A stretch of 64,000 bases of DNA from Methanothrix sp. (GTDB lineage Archaea > Halobacteriota > Methanosarcinia > Methanotrichales > Methanotrichaceae), in NCBI GenBank assembly GCA_040770465.1, contig JAXGJB010000005.1:1-64000 (forward strand), given 5' to 3'. The position numbers were made by a program, and so were the translations under genes. Positions 39,169-49,844 of the stretch are shown in pieces. The notes under the pieces are model-generated. The model was given only the letters and a program-made list of their open reading frames with translations, searched no databases and was not told where the DNA came from. Numbering within the stretch: the stretch's first letter is position 1; every line of letters starts with the position of its first letter.

Positions 39169-41037
39169 ATGGCCAAAGCCGGAGCCTCGCCGCTCGAAGT
39201 GATTCTTAAATACCATAAGATTGATATTAAATACTCAGACATGGCGAGCAGATGGCAAAAATGCTGGGATGAGGCCCCAGAGATACACCTTCTCCTGAAG
39301 GGGAGCGAGAGCTTGGAGGCTGCCCGAGAAGTAATCGTGAGCTATCTTCAGTCGTTGGACTGGACCTACCGACGGGAGGTCGCCGAGATCGATTCCTGGG
39401 ATTACGTCCTCTTCAAAGAGGCCGTAGAGTGCCTCAAGAACATCTTCTCTCCCAAAAATGAGCGGCTGGCAAAGACCTCCTCTCTGGAGCGGCTCTGGAG
39501 GGCCGCCTCCGATGGAGACGCCGAGGTGGCCGACGACTTCGTCGACGAGTTCTTCCACCTCTTCAAGGCGGTGAAGGTCCAGTCGGAGGTCTACCCCTCC
39601 ATGCTGATGGAGGGGATCGAGGTCCCCGACTTCGAAAAGTACGAGGGGAGGGAGGCGGGTCGGAGGCGGTCCGACTACCTGGACGAGATGAGCCGCCGGA
39701 TGGACGAGCACCTTTCAAGGTACAAGAGCGGCCTAGACCCCGAGGTCGCGAAGAGGAGGGCAGAAAATAAGGCGAGGATCCTCGCGGTCCTCGACGCCGA
39801 TCCTGACGAGTGGGACGACTGGAGGTGGCAGTTCCGAAACGTCTTCAAGGACGAAGCGGGGCTTGAGACGATAAAAGAGATCATCAGCCTCAGCCCGGAG
39901 CGCGAAAGGTCGATAGGAATGGCTCTGGAGAACGGCATTCCCTTCGGCGTCACCCCCCACTACCTCCACCTGATGGACACTGAGCCCAGCGATCTGGACT
40001 TCGCCGTGCGGCTCCAGGTCTTCCCGCCCAAAAAGTACGTCGAGAAGATGATCGCCCATAGGAAAGATCGAAATTGGGCCTTCGACTTCATGCGAGAGCA
40101 CGACACCTCCCCGACGGACCTCGTCACCCGGCGCTACCCCCGGGTCGCCATCGTCAAGCCCTACGACTCCTGCCCCCAGATCTGCGTCTACTGCCAGAGG
40201 AACTGGGAGATCACCTCCCCCTTCATGCCCTCGGCGATGGCCTCGATGGCGGAGATCGACGCCGCCCTCGACTGGTATGCAGAGCACGACGCGATGATGG
40301 ACGTCCTGCTCACCGGGGGCGACCCCCTGGTGATGAGCGACGATCTCATCGACAAGATCCTCGGCCGCCTGGCGGAGATCCCTCACCTCATAAGCATCAG
40401 GATCGCCACGCGAACCCCGATAACCGTCCCCCAGAGGATAACCGAGGAGCTCTGCGAGATCTTCGGGTCCTACCACGAATTAGGTAGACGCAGCCTCTGC
40501 GTCGTCACCCACTTCATGCACCCCTACGAGGTGACCCCCGAGACCCTGGAGGCGGTGAAGAGGATCAGGATGCTGGGGATGGACGTCTACAACCAGCAGG
40601 TCTTCACCTTCGCCAACAGCAGGCGCTTTGAGACCGCTGCCCTCAGGGTCGTCATGAAGAAGATCGGGGTCGACCCCTACTACACCTTCAACATGAAGGG
40701 GAAGTCCGAGATGGAGGAGTACGCCGTACCCATCGCCCGGATCCTCCAGGAGCGAAAAGAGGAGGCCCGGCTCCTCCCCGGCATATTCAGGACCGACGAG
40801 CCGGTCTTCAACGTCCCGTTCCTTGGAAAAGACCACCTTCGGGCCTGGCAGAACCACGAGATCATAGCCATCCAGCCCGACGGCAGGAGGACGTACCGGT
40901 TCCTCCCTTGGGAGAAGAACATCGTCCAGGTCAAGCCCTACATCTATGACGACGTCACCATCGGAAGCTACCTCGAAAGGCTGAGAGAGCGGGGCGAGGA
41001 CCCGGAGAAGTACAAGAGCATATGGTACTACTACTGA
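39169..41037 (+). CDS. KamA-family radical SAM 2,3-aminomutase with long N-terminal extension
   Basis: WDDWRWQ, TPHY, RRYP, CPQICVYCQR, LTGGDPL, THFMHP, GK (PLP lysine 554); start could be 39241. Confidence 0.88.
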   Translation: MAKAGASPLEVILKYHKIDIKYSDMASRWQKCWDEAPEIHLLLKGSESLEAAREVIVSYLQSLDWTYRREVAEIDSWDYVLFKEAVECLKNIFSPKNERLAKTSSLERLWRAASDGDAEVADDFVDEFFHLFKAVKVQSEVYPSMLMEGIEVPDFEKYEGREAGRRRSDYLDEMSRRMDEHLSRYKSGLDPEVAKRRAENKARILAVLDADPDEWDDWRWQFRNVFKDEAGLETIKEIISLSPERERSIGMALENGIPFGVTPHYLHLMDTEPSDLDFAVRLQVFPPKKYVEKMIAHRKDRNWAFDFMREHDTSPTDLVTRRYPRVAIVKPYDSCPQICVYCQRNWEITSPFMPSAMASMAEIDAALDWYAEHDAMMDVLLTGGDPLVMSDDLIDKILGRLAEIPHLISIRIATRTPITVPQRITEELCEIFGSYHELGRRSLCVVTHFMHPYEVTPETLEAVKRIRMLGMDVYNQQVFTFANSRRFETAALRVVMKKIGVDPYYTFNMKGKSEMEEYAVPIARILQERKEEARLLPGIFRTDEPVFNVPFLGKDHLRAWQNHEIIAIQPDGRRTYRFLPWEKNIVQVKPYIYDDVTIGSYLERLRERGEDPEKYKSIWYYY

Positions 41038-41166
41038 AGCCTTCTCCGCTTCTCCGGCCGCAAAAAAATCGGGATGGTGGAGTCGGGGGCAATGACTGCC
41101 ATCCGCCCCAACCGGCCTGATCGCCTGCATCTGGATTATCGATCCAAACCTTCCATCGTCCGGGGA

Positions 41167-42186
41167 TTATAGTCCTCTCATCCTCCTTCTATGAAGAGCG
41201 GTCAGGGCCACCGAGATCGCGGCAAGGAGGATCCCGAAACCTGGAATTCCTCCCCCTTCAACTTCCGGAGACTCCTCCCGCGCATACTCCTCGACCTCCA
41301 TCGGGCTTGCCTCCATTTCAGCAGCAGCTTCCTCTACTGGCGCCTCCTGCATCACGAAACCTTTGGTCTTTATATCCTTGGACTCGATCCTTTGGCCCTC
41401 CTCCATCATCATCTCGGGCTTGAGGAGGACGTAATCTTCACCCTGTCCCACGATGGACGCATTCCTCCAGATCAGGACCTCCGCCCGGTAGTTGTACTGG
41501 TCTGGAACCGACAGGTTGACGCTCCTGATCACCGTTCCCTGGGGCGGGATCTCGCCGATGTTCATCTCTTTCTTATCGGCGACGAGACCGGAATCAACCT
41601 CTCTTGCCTTCACCTCGATCCTGTAGTCGGGGCTTGGAGTTGGGCCGACGTTGGTGAAGTAAATGTCAGTTTGGATCCTCACGGTACCATTTTCGGCCTC
41701 CTTCACCATGAAGTCCATACCACCTATCCTTACGTTCATCACATCGACGTCGGCGGTCAGACTCTCCAGATTGTAGACCGTCCTCGAAGCTGTGCTCCTC
41801 TTCTCATCCTCCTCAAAGAGGGTCGCCTCAATCCTGTAGGACCCCTTCTTTGGAAGCTCCAGGGTGTTGGTGATGTTTGCAGTCGTTCCCCTCTCGATTG
41901 GACCCATATCAGATCTGACCTGGGTCTCAAGCAGGTTGTTCTTCGTCTCGTAGGCCTTCAGGAGAAGGGAGGCGTTCTTGCTCGTCAGCCTACCCTGATT
42001 TTCGACGTAGGTGGTGACGTTGATCGTCACCGTGGCCCCTGTCACCTCTTCGGCGGACAGGTCCATCTCAGCGATTTTCAGGCCCTTGACCGAATCGGAG
42101 CTCTCTGAGCAGCCGCTGGATGCCAAGGCCGCAAATATGGCGAGCGCCAGCAGCGAGTATAGGATCTCCTTTGGCAGGTTTCTCAT
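41167..42186 (-). CDS. PGF-CTERM sorted surface protein
   Basis: N-terminal signal with ASSGC; C-terminal IPGF-TM-HRRR. Confidence 0.85.
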   Translation of the reverse strand: MRNLPKEILYSLLALAIFAALASSGCSESSDSVKGLKIAEMDLSAEEVTGATVTINVTTYVENQGRLTSKNASLLLKAYETKNNLLETQVRSDMGPIERGTTANITNTLELPKKGSYRIEATLFEEDEKRSTASRTVYNLESLTADVDVMNVRIGGMDFMVKEAENGTVRIQTDIYFTNVGPTPSPDYRIEVKAREVDSGLVADKKEMNIGEIPPQGTVIRSVNLSVPDQYNYRAEVLIWRNASIVGQGEDYVLLKPEMMMEEGQRIESKDIKTKGFVMQEAPVEEAAAEMEASPMEVEEYAREESPEVEGGGIPGFGILLAAISVALTALHRRRMRGL

Positions 42187-42549
42187 GTGAATCTCTCCTT
42201 ACTTAAAAAAAAGATCACATAAGTATTTAACTTTTAGTATGGGATGTCCGTTTACCGTTCAAAAGTTTAAGTGGAAAAATGAGGATCAGTTATGCAAAAT
42301 CGCCCTATTGCCGCTGATATCTTGCTTGGCCTTTTGTATAAATTGGCCGGAAACATTATTTATAAAAGCTCAATGCGCGATCGTAGCCGACCCCAGAACT
42401 TTGAGAACAGACTCATCAGTGCGGCTTTTAAGCTTGAGCCATTGACCTCCTTTAAGGAATAGACTCGCATCCGACTCAAAAGCCGAAAGGCCTGCTTGGT
42501 ATCGTGCTGCCCCTCTCGATCCGCGGCGAAGATGGCCCCACTTTCCCCC

Positions 42550-44268
42550 TCAATCCCTGCCCAGATGCCTCATCAGATCCACGAGGCCCAGGGTGTTTAG
42601 GACGTCTCCTCTCTCCAGCCACCCCCGCCTTGCGGTCTTGACGCCGTACTCGATCGCCGATAAGCCGCATGTGCTGTGGGCGTCGGTGTTGATCGCGAGC
42701 TTCACCCCCAGCTCCTTCGCGCGCCGCGACCAGCGGTCGTTCAGGTCGAGCCTGCTCGGGTGAGAGTTGATCTCCATGGCGGTGCCGGTTCTCGCCGCCG
42801 CCTCCAGGACCCGCTCCATCTCCACCTCGTAAGGCTCGCGCTCTCCGATCTTTCGCCCGGTGGGGTGGCCGATGACGTCGACGTGTTCGCTCTCCATCGC
42901 CGAGATGATCCTGTTTGTCATCTCCCTCTCCCGCTGGTTGTAGGCGGAGTGGACCGAGGCGACGACGACGTCGCACAGCTCCAGGATCTTGTCTGGATAA
43001 TCGAGCTTCCCGTCGGCCCTGATGTCCACCTCTGTCCCCACCAGGACTCTGAAACCCTCCACCGATTCGTTCAAACCCGCGATCAGCTCCATCTTCTCGT
43101 TTAGCCTCTCTTCGGCGAGGCCGTTTGCGATCCCAAGCCCCGGCGAATGGTCGCAGATCGCCATGTACTCGTAGCCGAGGGCCTGGGCTGTCTTGACCAT
43201 ATCCTCGATGGAATGGCGGCCGTCAGACCAGTCGCTGTGGACGTGAAGGTCGCCCTTGATCTCCGAGACCTCGACGAGCCTTGGCAGACGCCCTGCCAGG
43301 GCTGCCTCCACCTCACCCTGGTCCTCCCGGATCTCTGGGGGTATCCAGTCCATCCCCAGATGACGGTAGAGATCCTCCTCCCGGTCGAAGAAGAGCTCAT
43401 CGCCGGTGGCGACCCTGGAGAGGGAGTACTCGGAGAGGGAGTAACCCTTTGAGAGGGCTACCTGCCTCAACTTCACGTTGTGCTCCTTGGAGCCTGTGAA
43501 GTACTGGATCACAGTCCCGAAGGACCGGGGATCGACGATCCGCAGGTCCACCTGGACCGTCTCCTCCACGATGACCGACGCCTTCGTCGGCCCCTTCATC
43601 AGGACCTCCTCCACCGCCGGGAGCTCGACGAAGGCCCGGATCGCCGCCGCAGGCTCGGTCGAGGTCGCCAGGATGTCGATGTCACCCACCGTCTCCCGCC
43701 CCCTCCGCAGAGACCCTGCCAGGTTGAGGTTTCCGATTCCCTCCACCTTCCTCAGCTGGCCGAGGATCTCCTCGGCGAGGGGCAGCGCCACCCCCAGAGG
43801 GATTCTATCGCTCCGCTTCTTCCATCTCGAAATGGCCTTGAGGATGTTCTTCTCGGAGGTGGGGCCCATTCGGGGGAGGCGGCGGACCCGGTGCTCCCTC
43901 GCCGCCTCCTCCAGCTCCTCGACGCTCGATACCCCCAGCTTCTCATGAAGCATCGAGATGGTCTTGGGACCAAGGCCGGAGATCTCCAGAAGCTCGGCCA
44001 TCCCCGGTGGCGTCTCCCGGAAGAGACGGTCGTGGGCCTCGATCTTTCCGGTTTCAAGAAATTCCGAGATCTTGCCGGCGATGGCTTTTCCCACGCCTGG
44101 GATCGACTCGAGGTCGCCCCGGCGGCTGAACTCTTCCAGATCCTCTTTCATCGACTCCACCGACCGAGCCGCCCTCCGGTACGCTACGACCTTAAACCCG
44201 GTCTCTCCCCGCAGCTCCAGAAGGTCCCCCATCTCTCGGAGGAGGCGGGCGACCTCATCGTTCTTCAC
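42550..44268 (-). CDS. polX: DNA polymerase X-PHP fusion
   Basis: HhH PGVGK, GSLRR, GDID, VDLR, FTGSKEHN; PHP motifs HVHS, DH, GHP, TDAH. Confidence 0.95.
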   Translation of the reverse strand: MKNDEVARLLREMGDLLELRGETGFKVVAYRRAARSVESMKEDLEEFSRRGDLESIPGVGKAIAGKISEFLETGKIEAHDRLFRETPPGMAELLEISGLGPKTISMLHEKLGVSSVEELEEAAREHRVRRLPRMGPTSEKNILKAISRWKKRSDRIPLGVALPLAEEILGQLRKVEGIGNLNLAGSLRRGRETVGDIDILATSTEPAAAIRAFVELPAVEEVLMKGPTKASVIVEETVQVDLRIVDPRSFGTVIQYFTGSKEHNVKLRQVALSKGYSLSEYSLSRVATGDELFFDREEDLYRHLGMDWIPPEIREDQGEVEAALAGRLPRLVEVSEIKGDLHVHSDWSDGRHSIEDMVKTAQALGYEYMAICDHSPGLGIANGLAEERLNEKMELIAGLNESVEGFRVLVGTEVDIRADGKLDYPDKILELCDVVVASVHSAYNQREREMTNRIISAMESEHVDVIGHPTGRKIGEREPYEVEMERVLEAAARTGTAMEINSHPSRLDLNDRWSRRAKELGVKLAINTDAHSTCGLSAIEYGVKTARRGWLERGDVLNTLGLVDLMRHLGRD

Positions 44269-44399
44269 GGAAAATGGGTTGGTGAACTATGTTATAAAGA
44301 GCTTGGCAGGCCTCTCGTTATGGCCTAAAACGAGATTTTTGATCGTCGTCTATCGATTCCATCCCACTCAAAGAGGAGATATCAACCGGACGTCATCGA

Positions 44400-45200
44400 T
44401 CAGACGAGATCGTCGATGTGGGTCATCTCCCCGATCTCAGTGAGGCCGCTTATCGATTCGGTCTCGATCCGGATCCCCCGGCTCATGGCGGCGGCGACGA
44501 TGTTCGTTCCGCCGACGAGGGATAGTCCCACATGGTCCCGCTCCACCGAGACCCCCAGGACGTTCATGTTTGGATCCCCCAGGTCTAAAACCCCCGCGAA
44601 CCCGACCTCTGCGAGAACATCGAGCTTCTCCTCGATCCTCTCCAGCGCCAGCATCGGAGCCTCCTGGAGGTTTCCCAGGATCCTGCCGGTCCCGGTCTCC
44701 ATCATCTCCACGACTGAGGTCAGCTCCTGGCTGATGAGGACGTCGATCGGATCGATGGTTGTGGCCCAGTACATCAGCATATCCGTGAACCGGACCGGCT
44801 CGCGGTCGATCACCTCGATCACCCCCCCGCCCCGGGGCCTCACGGGAACCCCTGCCTTGAGGAGGACTCCGCTGACGGTGATGCTGCAGGCGGACATGAT
44901 CTTGGCCCGGTCCCCCACCGTCTCCACCTTGAGGTAGGGGCTGACGGCGAGGCCGCTCTCTATGACGTCCCGGAATATCCGAAGGGTGGGCCCCAGCATA
45001 TCAAGATCCACCATCGATGTGTTGGTGATGATCTCGCCCTTCATCCTCCGGGGGTCGAAGCTCACCTTATGCATCAGGTTCTCTATTCTGCTCAGGGAGA
45101 AGACCAGGGGCTTCAAACCTATCACCGAATCCGTCTTGCTGCAAGGCAGGACCAAACTTGGGGGATCGACCGCGGCACGGTATCCATCAAGGTAGCTCAT
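44400..45200 (-). CDS. NrpR regulatory-domain (DUF128) protein lacking HTH, NrpRII-like
   Basis: [26 protein letters not shown]...TTIDP, GGTN. Confidence 0.75.
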   Translation of the reverse strand: MSYLDGYRAAVDPPSLVLPCSKTDSVIGLKPLVFSLSRIENLMHKVSFDPRRMKGEIITNTSMVDLDMLGPTLRIFRDVIESGLAVSPYLKVETVGDRAKIMSACSITVSGVLLKAGVPVRPRGGGVIEVIDREPVRFTDMLMYWATTIDPIDVLISQELTSVVEMMETGTGRILGNLQEAPMLALERIEEKLDVLAEVGFAGVLDLGDPNMNVLGVSVERDHVGLSLVGGTNIVAAAMSRGIRIETESISGLTEIGEMTHIDDLV

Positions 45201-45266
45201 CCTTTAAATACGCTGGAGATGAGGCGGGAAAGCCGTCTTATACCACCTCTTACATACTTGGCCAAG

Positions 45267-46004
45267 ATGTTGCGCCAGAGGTTCGTGCTCGATACCACAG
45301 CCCTAACCGACTCCCTCGCCTGGGAGGGGGAGGGTTGCACCAGCATCTGCGAGGGGATGAACGCCATACTCGACTGCGTCGCCGAGGCGAGGCTCCACCT
45401 GGGCATCAGCTGCTACATCCCCTACCCCTCCGTCTACAACGAGATCAGAGACTTCGTCAACCACAACGAGTGCGACGAAGCGGTTCTGATTAAGGTAGAC
45501 ACGTGGCTTGTCAAGATGACACCGGACCGCTACGAGGTGAAGATACCCTCCAAGGTATTTTATGAGTACGTCTACTACATGCGAAGCCGGATCAACAAGG
45601 GGATGAACGTCGCTGAGGAGGCGGTCTGGGAGGCGGTCGCGAGGTGCATCGCCTTGAGCGCGGCGGAGGGAGACCTCACCCCGATGAAAGGCGAGATTGA
45701 GAGGGAGGCGGTCGGCGGGATCGTGAGGAAGTTCAGGGAGAAGTACAGGAGCGCCCTGAGGTACGGCATCCTCGACAGCGCTCCCGACATCGACATCCTC
45801 CTCCTGGCAAAAGAGCTGAACGCCGCGGTGATATCCCAGGACCTCGGCGTTCAGAGGTGGGCGGAGCAGCTGGGCCTCCGTTACCTGGAGGCGAGAACCT
45901 TCCCCGTGATGATAAAAGAGTACCTCAGCCGGGCGAGGGCGATCCAGAAGAACGACGGCCTTCCCCTCTACATCCCGCCTTCGGGGGACGACGATACCCC
46001 CTGA
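45267..46004 (+). CDS. Protein-only RNase P (HARP, UPF0278 PIN family)
   Basis: [45 protein letters not shown]. Confidence 0.9.
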   Translation: MLRQRFVLDTTALTDSLAWEGEGCTSICEGMNAILDCVAEARLHLGISCYIPYPSVYNEIRDFVNHNECDEAVLIKVDTWLVKMTPDRYEVKIPSKVFYEYVYYMRSRINKGMNVAEEAVWEAVARCIALSAAEGDLTPMKGEIEREAVGGIVRKFREKYRSALRYGILDSAPDIDILLLAKELNAAVISQDLGVQRWAEQLGLRYLEARTFPVMIKEYLSRARAIQKNDGLPLYIPPSGDDDTP

Positions 46005-46090
46005 TCGATACCCTCTGATCGGCGGCCTCAGATCTTCGAGATCTGTCTATCGGGGATGAAGCTGGCGCGGGAGCCCACCGCGCTCAGGCT

Positions 46091-47185
46091 TCAGGACCCC
46101 AGGAGCCTGTCGAGGAGCCAGTCCGGCTCGAACTTCACCAGGTCCGGATAGTCCTGGCCCACCCCTAGGAAGAGGACCGGCTTTCCCGTGACGGAGGATA
46201 TGGATATGGCGGCCCCGCCCTTGGCGTCGGCGTCGGTCTTGGTGAGGATCGTCCCGTCGATCGGCACCGCCTCGTTGAAGAGCCTCGCCCTCTCGACGGC
46301 GTCGTTTCCGGCGATCGCCTCGTCGACGAATATCAAAAGATCCGGATTTACGACCCTCACGATCTTTCTCATCTGGTCCATGAGGTTGATGTTGGTGTGA
46401 AGCCTTCCAGCGGTGTCCGCGAGGACGATGTCTCTGTGGTGGGCCTTGGCGTACTCGACGGCGTCGAAGATGACGGCGGCGGGATCTTTGCCGTCCTTGT
46501 GCTTGACGAGCTTCACCTCGAGGTTGTTTGCGTGGACCTCGATCTGCTCCACCGCCCCCGCCCGAAAGGTGTCCCCGGCGGCGATGACGATGGAGTAGCC
46601 CCGATCTCGAAGGTACCTTGCGACCTTGGCGATGGAGGTGGTCTTGCCGGTACCGTTCACCCCGACGAAGACGATCTTCACCGGCTTATCGGCCTCTGCT
46701 ATGAAGCGGTCGACGTCGAAATAGTTCTCCGAGAGGACCTGGCGGAGGGCGGACCTGAGGGCGTCCTCGACGATCTCGCCGGTGTCGGCCCGGATCTTCT
46801 TCTTCCTCCCGACGAGTTCATCTTTGACCGATGCCACGATCTTCTCGGCGACGGGGAGGGCGACGTCGCTTTCGAGGAGGGCCATCTCCAGCTCCCAGAG
46901 GGGGTCGGTGAGGTCCTTCTCGTCCAGGACGACCTCCTGCTCGAAGATGAGGGACCGAGCTCTGCTGGTGAAGGACTGCTTCGTCTTCGCCGCGTTATTG
47001 CCCGGGACGGGTCGGGCTTCTGCCACCTTTTCGACGGCGGGTTCGACCTCGTCTTTTGAGGGGGTCATCCCCTCAGCAGCGGCTTTCGCCTCGGCATTCT
47101 TGGCCTGGGCCTCGCCCTTCTCCTGGATCTTGGTGGATACGGCCTCTTTGAACCCCTTCAGCCTCTCCTTGAACCTGTTGAACAA
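46091..47185 (-). CDS. ftsY: SRP receptor FtsY
   Basis: GVNGTGKTTS, DTFRAGA, DTAGR, TKTD. Confidence 0.96.
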   Translation of the reverse strand: MFNRFKERLKGFKEAVSTKIQEKGEAQAKNAEAKAAAEGMTPSKDEVEPAVEKVAEARPVPGNNAAKTKQSFTSRARSLIFEQEVVLDEKDLTDPLWELEMALLESDVALPVAEKIVASVKDELVGRKKKIRADTGEIVEDALRSALRQVLSENYFDVDRFIAEADKPVKIVFVGVNGTGKTTSIAKVARYLRDRGYSIVIAAGDTFRAGAVEQIEVHANNLEVKLVKHKDGKDPAAVIFDAVEYAKAHHRDIVLADTAGRLHTNINLMDQMRKIVRVVNPDLLIFVDEAIAGNDAVERARLFNEAVPIDGTILTKTDADAKGGAAISISSVTGKPVLFLGVGQDYPDLVKFEPDWLLDRLLGS

Positions 47186-47196
47186 CTCCGTCTCCC

Positions 47197-47634
47197 CTAC
47201 TCAGAAAACTGACTCTCGTACTGGGCGGCGATGGACTGGATCTTGCCCATCTCCTGCTCGATCTTGGAGAGGGTCTGGTTCAGCTTGGCCGAGGCCTCAG
47301 ATAGCTGCGCCTTCCTCTTGGAAAGGGACTCTCTGGCACCGGCAGCGTTCTTCTCGATGCTGACTCCGGCGCCGACGCCAACGATCACTTTGTCTTTGGA
47401 GGCGAGCTTTGCGTGGACGAACGAGCCCTGGCCGATGGGGACCAGCATATCCTGGCCGTCATCGGCCGTCTCCATCGCCTCGACGGCCTTCAGGGCCTTC
47501 TCGCACCCCTCCATCGAGAGCTGGAATAGGCCCAGCTGCTGGACGATCGCCTCTGCCTCGGCCTGATACTGCTGATAAACCATCAAGAGTCTCCTGACCT
47601 CCTCCTCGCTGGGAGCAGCCGGAGACTCAGCCAA
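47197..47634 (-). CDS. pfdA: Prefoldin alpha subunit
   Basis: LVPIGQGSFV, VIVGVGAGVSIEK; conserved context. Confidence 0.93.
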   Translation of the reverse strand: MAESPAAPSEEEVRRLLMVYQQYQAEAEAIVQQLGLFQLSMEGCEKALKAVEAMETADDGQDMLVPIGQGSFVHAKLASKDKVIVGVGAGVSIEKNAAGARESLSKRKAQLSEASAKLNQTLSKIEQEMGKIQSIAAQYESQFSE

Positions 47635-47806
47635 GAGCCTTCACCTCTTCTATCTTCACCAGGTTTCTCTTGACTCCCTGCTTGCTTCCCAAAAGGGAGT
47701 AGATCTTCTCCACCGCGTTCTTCTCGTTGTTGCTCTCGATGACCTTGGAGAAGGACTGCCAGCTGTTTCTCACCTTGAACTTTCCTTTGATCTCAAAATC
47801 GACCAT
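47627..47806 (-). CDS. rpl18a: 50S ribosomal protein eL20 (L18Ae/LX)
   Basis: FEIKGKF, EKIYSLLGSKQGVKR. Confidence 0.92.
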   Translation of the reverse strand: MVDFEIKGKFKVRNSWQSFSKVIESNNEKNAVEKIYSLLGSKQGVKRNLVKIEEVKALG

Positions 47807-47810
47807 AAGA

Positions 47811-48488
47811 CTACCCCATAAAACCCAACGCATCTTCGATACGGCCCAGCTCCGGTCCCGTCGTCTCGTCTCCGGCGACGTACCCTTTGCCGTTGGCCAG
47901 GATCCCCGACCCCACCAGAGGCGAGCCGAAGTTCACGGTCCCCACGTCCACAGGAAGGCCGAAGAGATCCTCGAGCTCCGCCAGCTCCGTTTCCGCCAGC
48001 CTCGGATGGGTGAGGACTCCCCGGTTCGTCGCCGCCGACGTCATCCCCACGGTCTTCAGGCCGCCGATGGTCCCCCGGCGGACGTCGACCCCCAGGGCCC
48101 TTGAGATGCTCTCGCAGGCCCGGTCCGAGAGCCCCGGATGGACCATGGCGGCGGTGTCGTTGGCGAGGATGACGTTCCCGGCGGCGCTGATCTTTCCCGG
48201 AAGTCTCGCCACCTTTCCGAGAGAGGAGAGCCTCGTCAGGTCCTCATCGCTCGCATGAGGAGAGAGGACAAAGCCTCTGCTGTTCCCACAGACGAGGGAC
48301 CCTATGACGGAGCTTCCCGCCACCGTCATCTTCAGAGGAGCGATCCCCAGGTGCCTCTCAAGCGTCCTCATGGAGACGGCGGCGGTCTCCAGGGGGACGA
48401 GCACCACATCTTCGGTGCAGCAGGCGAAGACTCCCAGAAGGGCGCTTCCTGCTATCTTCAGCCGCTTATCTGACCCGTTCGCCTGCAA
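47811..48488 (-). CDS. eif6: Translation initiation factor aIF6
   Basis: GNVILAND, GTVNFGSPLVGSG, TTGPELGRIEDAL; start uncertain. Confidence 0.93.
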   Translation of the reverse strand: MQANGSDKRLKIAGSALLGVFACCTEDVVLVPLETAAVSMRTLERHLGIAPLKMTVAGSSVIGSLVCGNSRGFVLSPHASDEDLTRLSSLGKVARLPGKISAAGNVILANDTAAMVHPGLSDRACESISRALGVDVRRGTIGGLKTVGMTSAATNRGVLTHPRLAETELAELEDLFGLPVDVGTVNFGSPLVGSGILANGKGYVAGDETTGPELGRIEDALGFMG

Positions 48489-48738
48489 ACTCAGCCTCAA
48501 CCCCACCGTCGTCGAACTTCGCCGCCTTCACTCTCACCCGGGCCGGCGGCTTCTGTGCGCCCCGAGCCCAGATCGCCTCGTTGAGGTCGCTTGATATCTT
48601 CACGTCCTCGACGGAGGTCTTCATGTGCTTTGCCAGATAGCTTCTGACCTCGTAGACGGCCCGCTTGCTCCTCTTCCATCTCGGAGCCTTCTTAACTTCC
48701 CTCAAAGGAATAGTGTAAACCCTTTCTGTCTCCGCCAT
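48466..48738 (-). CDS. rpl31e: 50S ribosomal protein eL31
   Basis: ERVYTIPLR, NEAIWARG. Confidence 0.95.
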   Translation of the reverse strand: MAETERVYTIPLREVKKAPRWKRSKRAVYEVRSYLAKHMKTSVEDVKISSDLNEAIWARGAQKPPARVRVKAAKFDDGGVEAEFAGERVR

Positions 48739-48748
48739 AAATCATACC

Positions 48749-48898
48749 TCACTCGATGGTGCTCCGTCTCCAGTGACGTCTCTTGGGATGGCTCACCACT
48801 TTGCGCATCGTCTTTATGATCACCCAGCCGGGCACCCGCCTGTTCTGGCCGAAGGCCTTGGCGTGTCTGATCTTCTTGCCTTTGGTTCTCTTGCTCAA
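48749..48898 (-). CDS. rpl39e: 50S ribosomal protein eL39
   Basis: From TTG at 48898: [25 protein letters not shown]...HPKRRHWRR. Confidence 0.93.
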   Translation of the reverse strand: MSKRTKGKKIRHAKAFGQNRRVPGWVIIKTMRKVVSHPKRRHWRRSTIE

Positions 48899-49491
48899 AT
48901 CCGCTTCCTCCTGATCACTCTTGTATGCATGTGGTTTGCGGGAAATACCCTCGCTATGAGATCCGGCCCGCACCGCTCCTCCAGCTCCAGCCTCAGCCCC
49001 ACCTCGAAATCGGAGGCGGGATGGACCTCGCTGTTGAGGGTCTCGAAATCCATGCGGCTTGATGCCAGGGTGTTGATGGTCTTGCTCCCGTATCCGGCCA
49101 GCGGCCTTATGTAATGGACTTTTCGCCTGTCCTCGAGGCTCCGGACCCCATCCGGGGTCATCATGGGAACACGATCTTCCCTCTTCGTCCCGTCGGCCAG
49201 ATACTCCCAATCCCGGGATAGTACCTCCAGGGCGTGCCGGTGGAGGCGGTTGAGGGCGTCCCTCGGATGGCCGGTCGCAAGGAGCATCTCCAGGGCCTCC
49301 TCAAGAACCTCGTCTTCGAAGATGATCGTTCGATGTGGAAGGTTCAGGACCCGCGCGGCCTCCTTCGCCGCCCCGTCGGTATCGTGACCGCCGAAGGCGA
49401 AGGTTGCCAGCTCCACATCAAAGAACGGTTCCAGAAGAATCGAGGCTAAGGCGCTGTCCTTGCCGCCGCTGAAGAGAACTACGACCTTCAT
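48895..49491 (-). CDS. PP-loop (adenine nucleotide alpha hydrolase) protein
   Basis: [19 protein letters not shown]; conserved context. Confidence 0.85.
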   Translation of the reverse strand: MKVVVLFSGGKDSALASILLEPFFDVELATFAFGGHDTDGAAKEAARVLNLPHRTIIFEDEVLEEALEMLLATGHPRDALNRLHRHALEVLSRDWEYLADGTKREDRVPMMTPDGVRSLEDRRKVHYIRPLAGYGSKTINTLASSRMDFETLNSEVHPASDFEVGLRLELEERCGPDLIARVFPANHMHTRVIRRKRI

Positions 49492-49841
49492 CGCCTGGTG
49501 ATGTTGATCTCCCTCTTTTTGGGCTGAATCTGTTTGAGTATGGCTTTGAGCTGCTCGTCTGTAATAGCGCTCTGGAGCCGGCCGCTCTGGGCCAGGACCA
49601 CCAGCTGAGACTCGATCTGGGACGCGAACTCCGGGCGGGCCATCCTGATGCTGCTGAGCCTCTCCCTCGCCTCGGGGGTGAGGATCGTCCTCAGGATCGC
49701 CTGCTTTCGGGCCTCCATTTCCTGCTGCATCTGCTCTTGCTGGGCCCTCTGGGCAGAGTACATCTGGGAGTCGGTCTGCTGCCTCTGGAGTTCTTCCATC
49801 TTTTTGCGCTTCAGCTCTGCAAGCTCATCATCCATATCCAT
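49488..49841 (-). CDS. PDCD5-family DNA-binding protein
   Basis: [25 protein letters not shown]. Confidence 0.92.
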   Translation of the reverse strand: MDMDDELAELKRKKMEELQRQQTDSQMYSAQRAQQEQMQQEMEARKQAILRTILTPEARERLSSIRMARPEFASQIESQLVVLAQSGRLQSAITDEQLKAILKQIQPKKREINITRR

Positions 49842-49844
49842 GAA

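Noticed and set aside
42380-42480. CTGATGAG on the minus strand (hammerhead, fluoride riboswitch or C/D box)
   Set aside because: No matching GAAA core, pseudoknot pairing or terminal D box.
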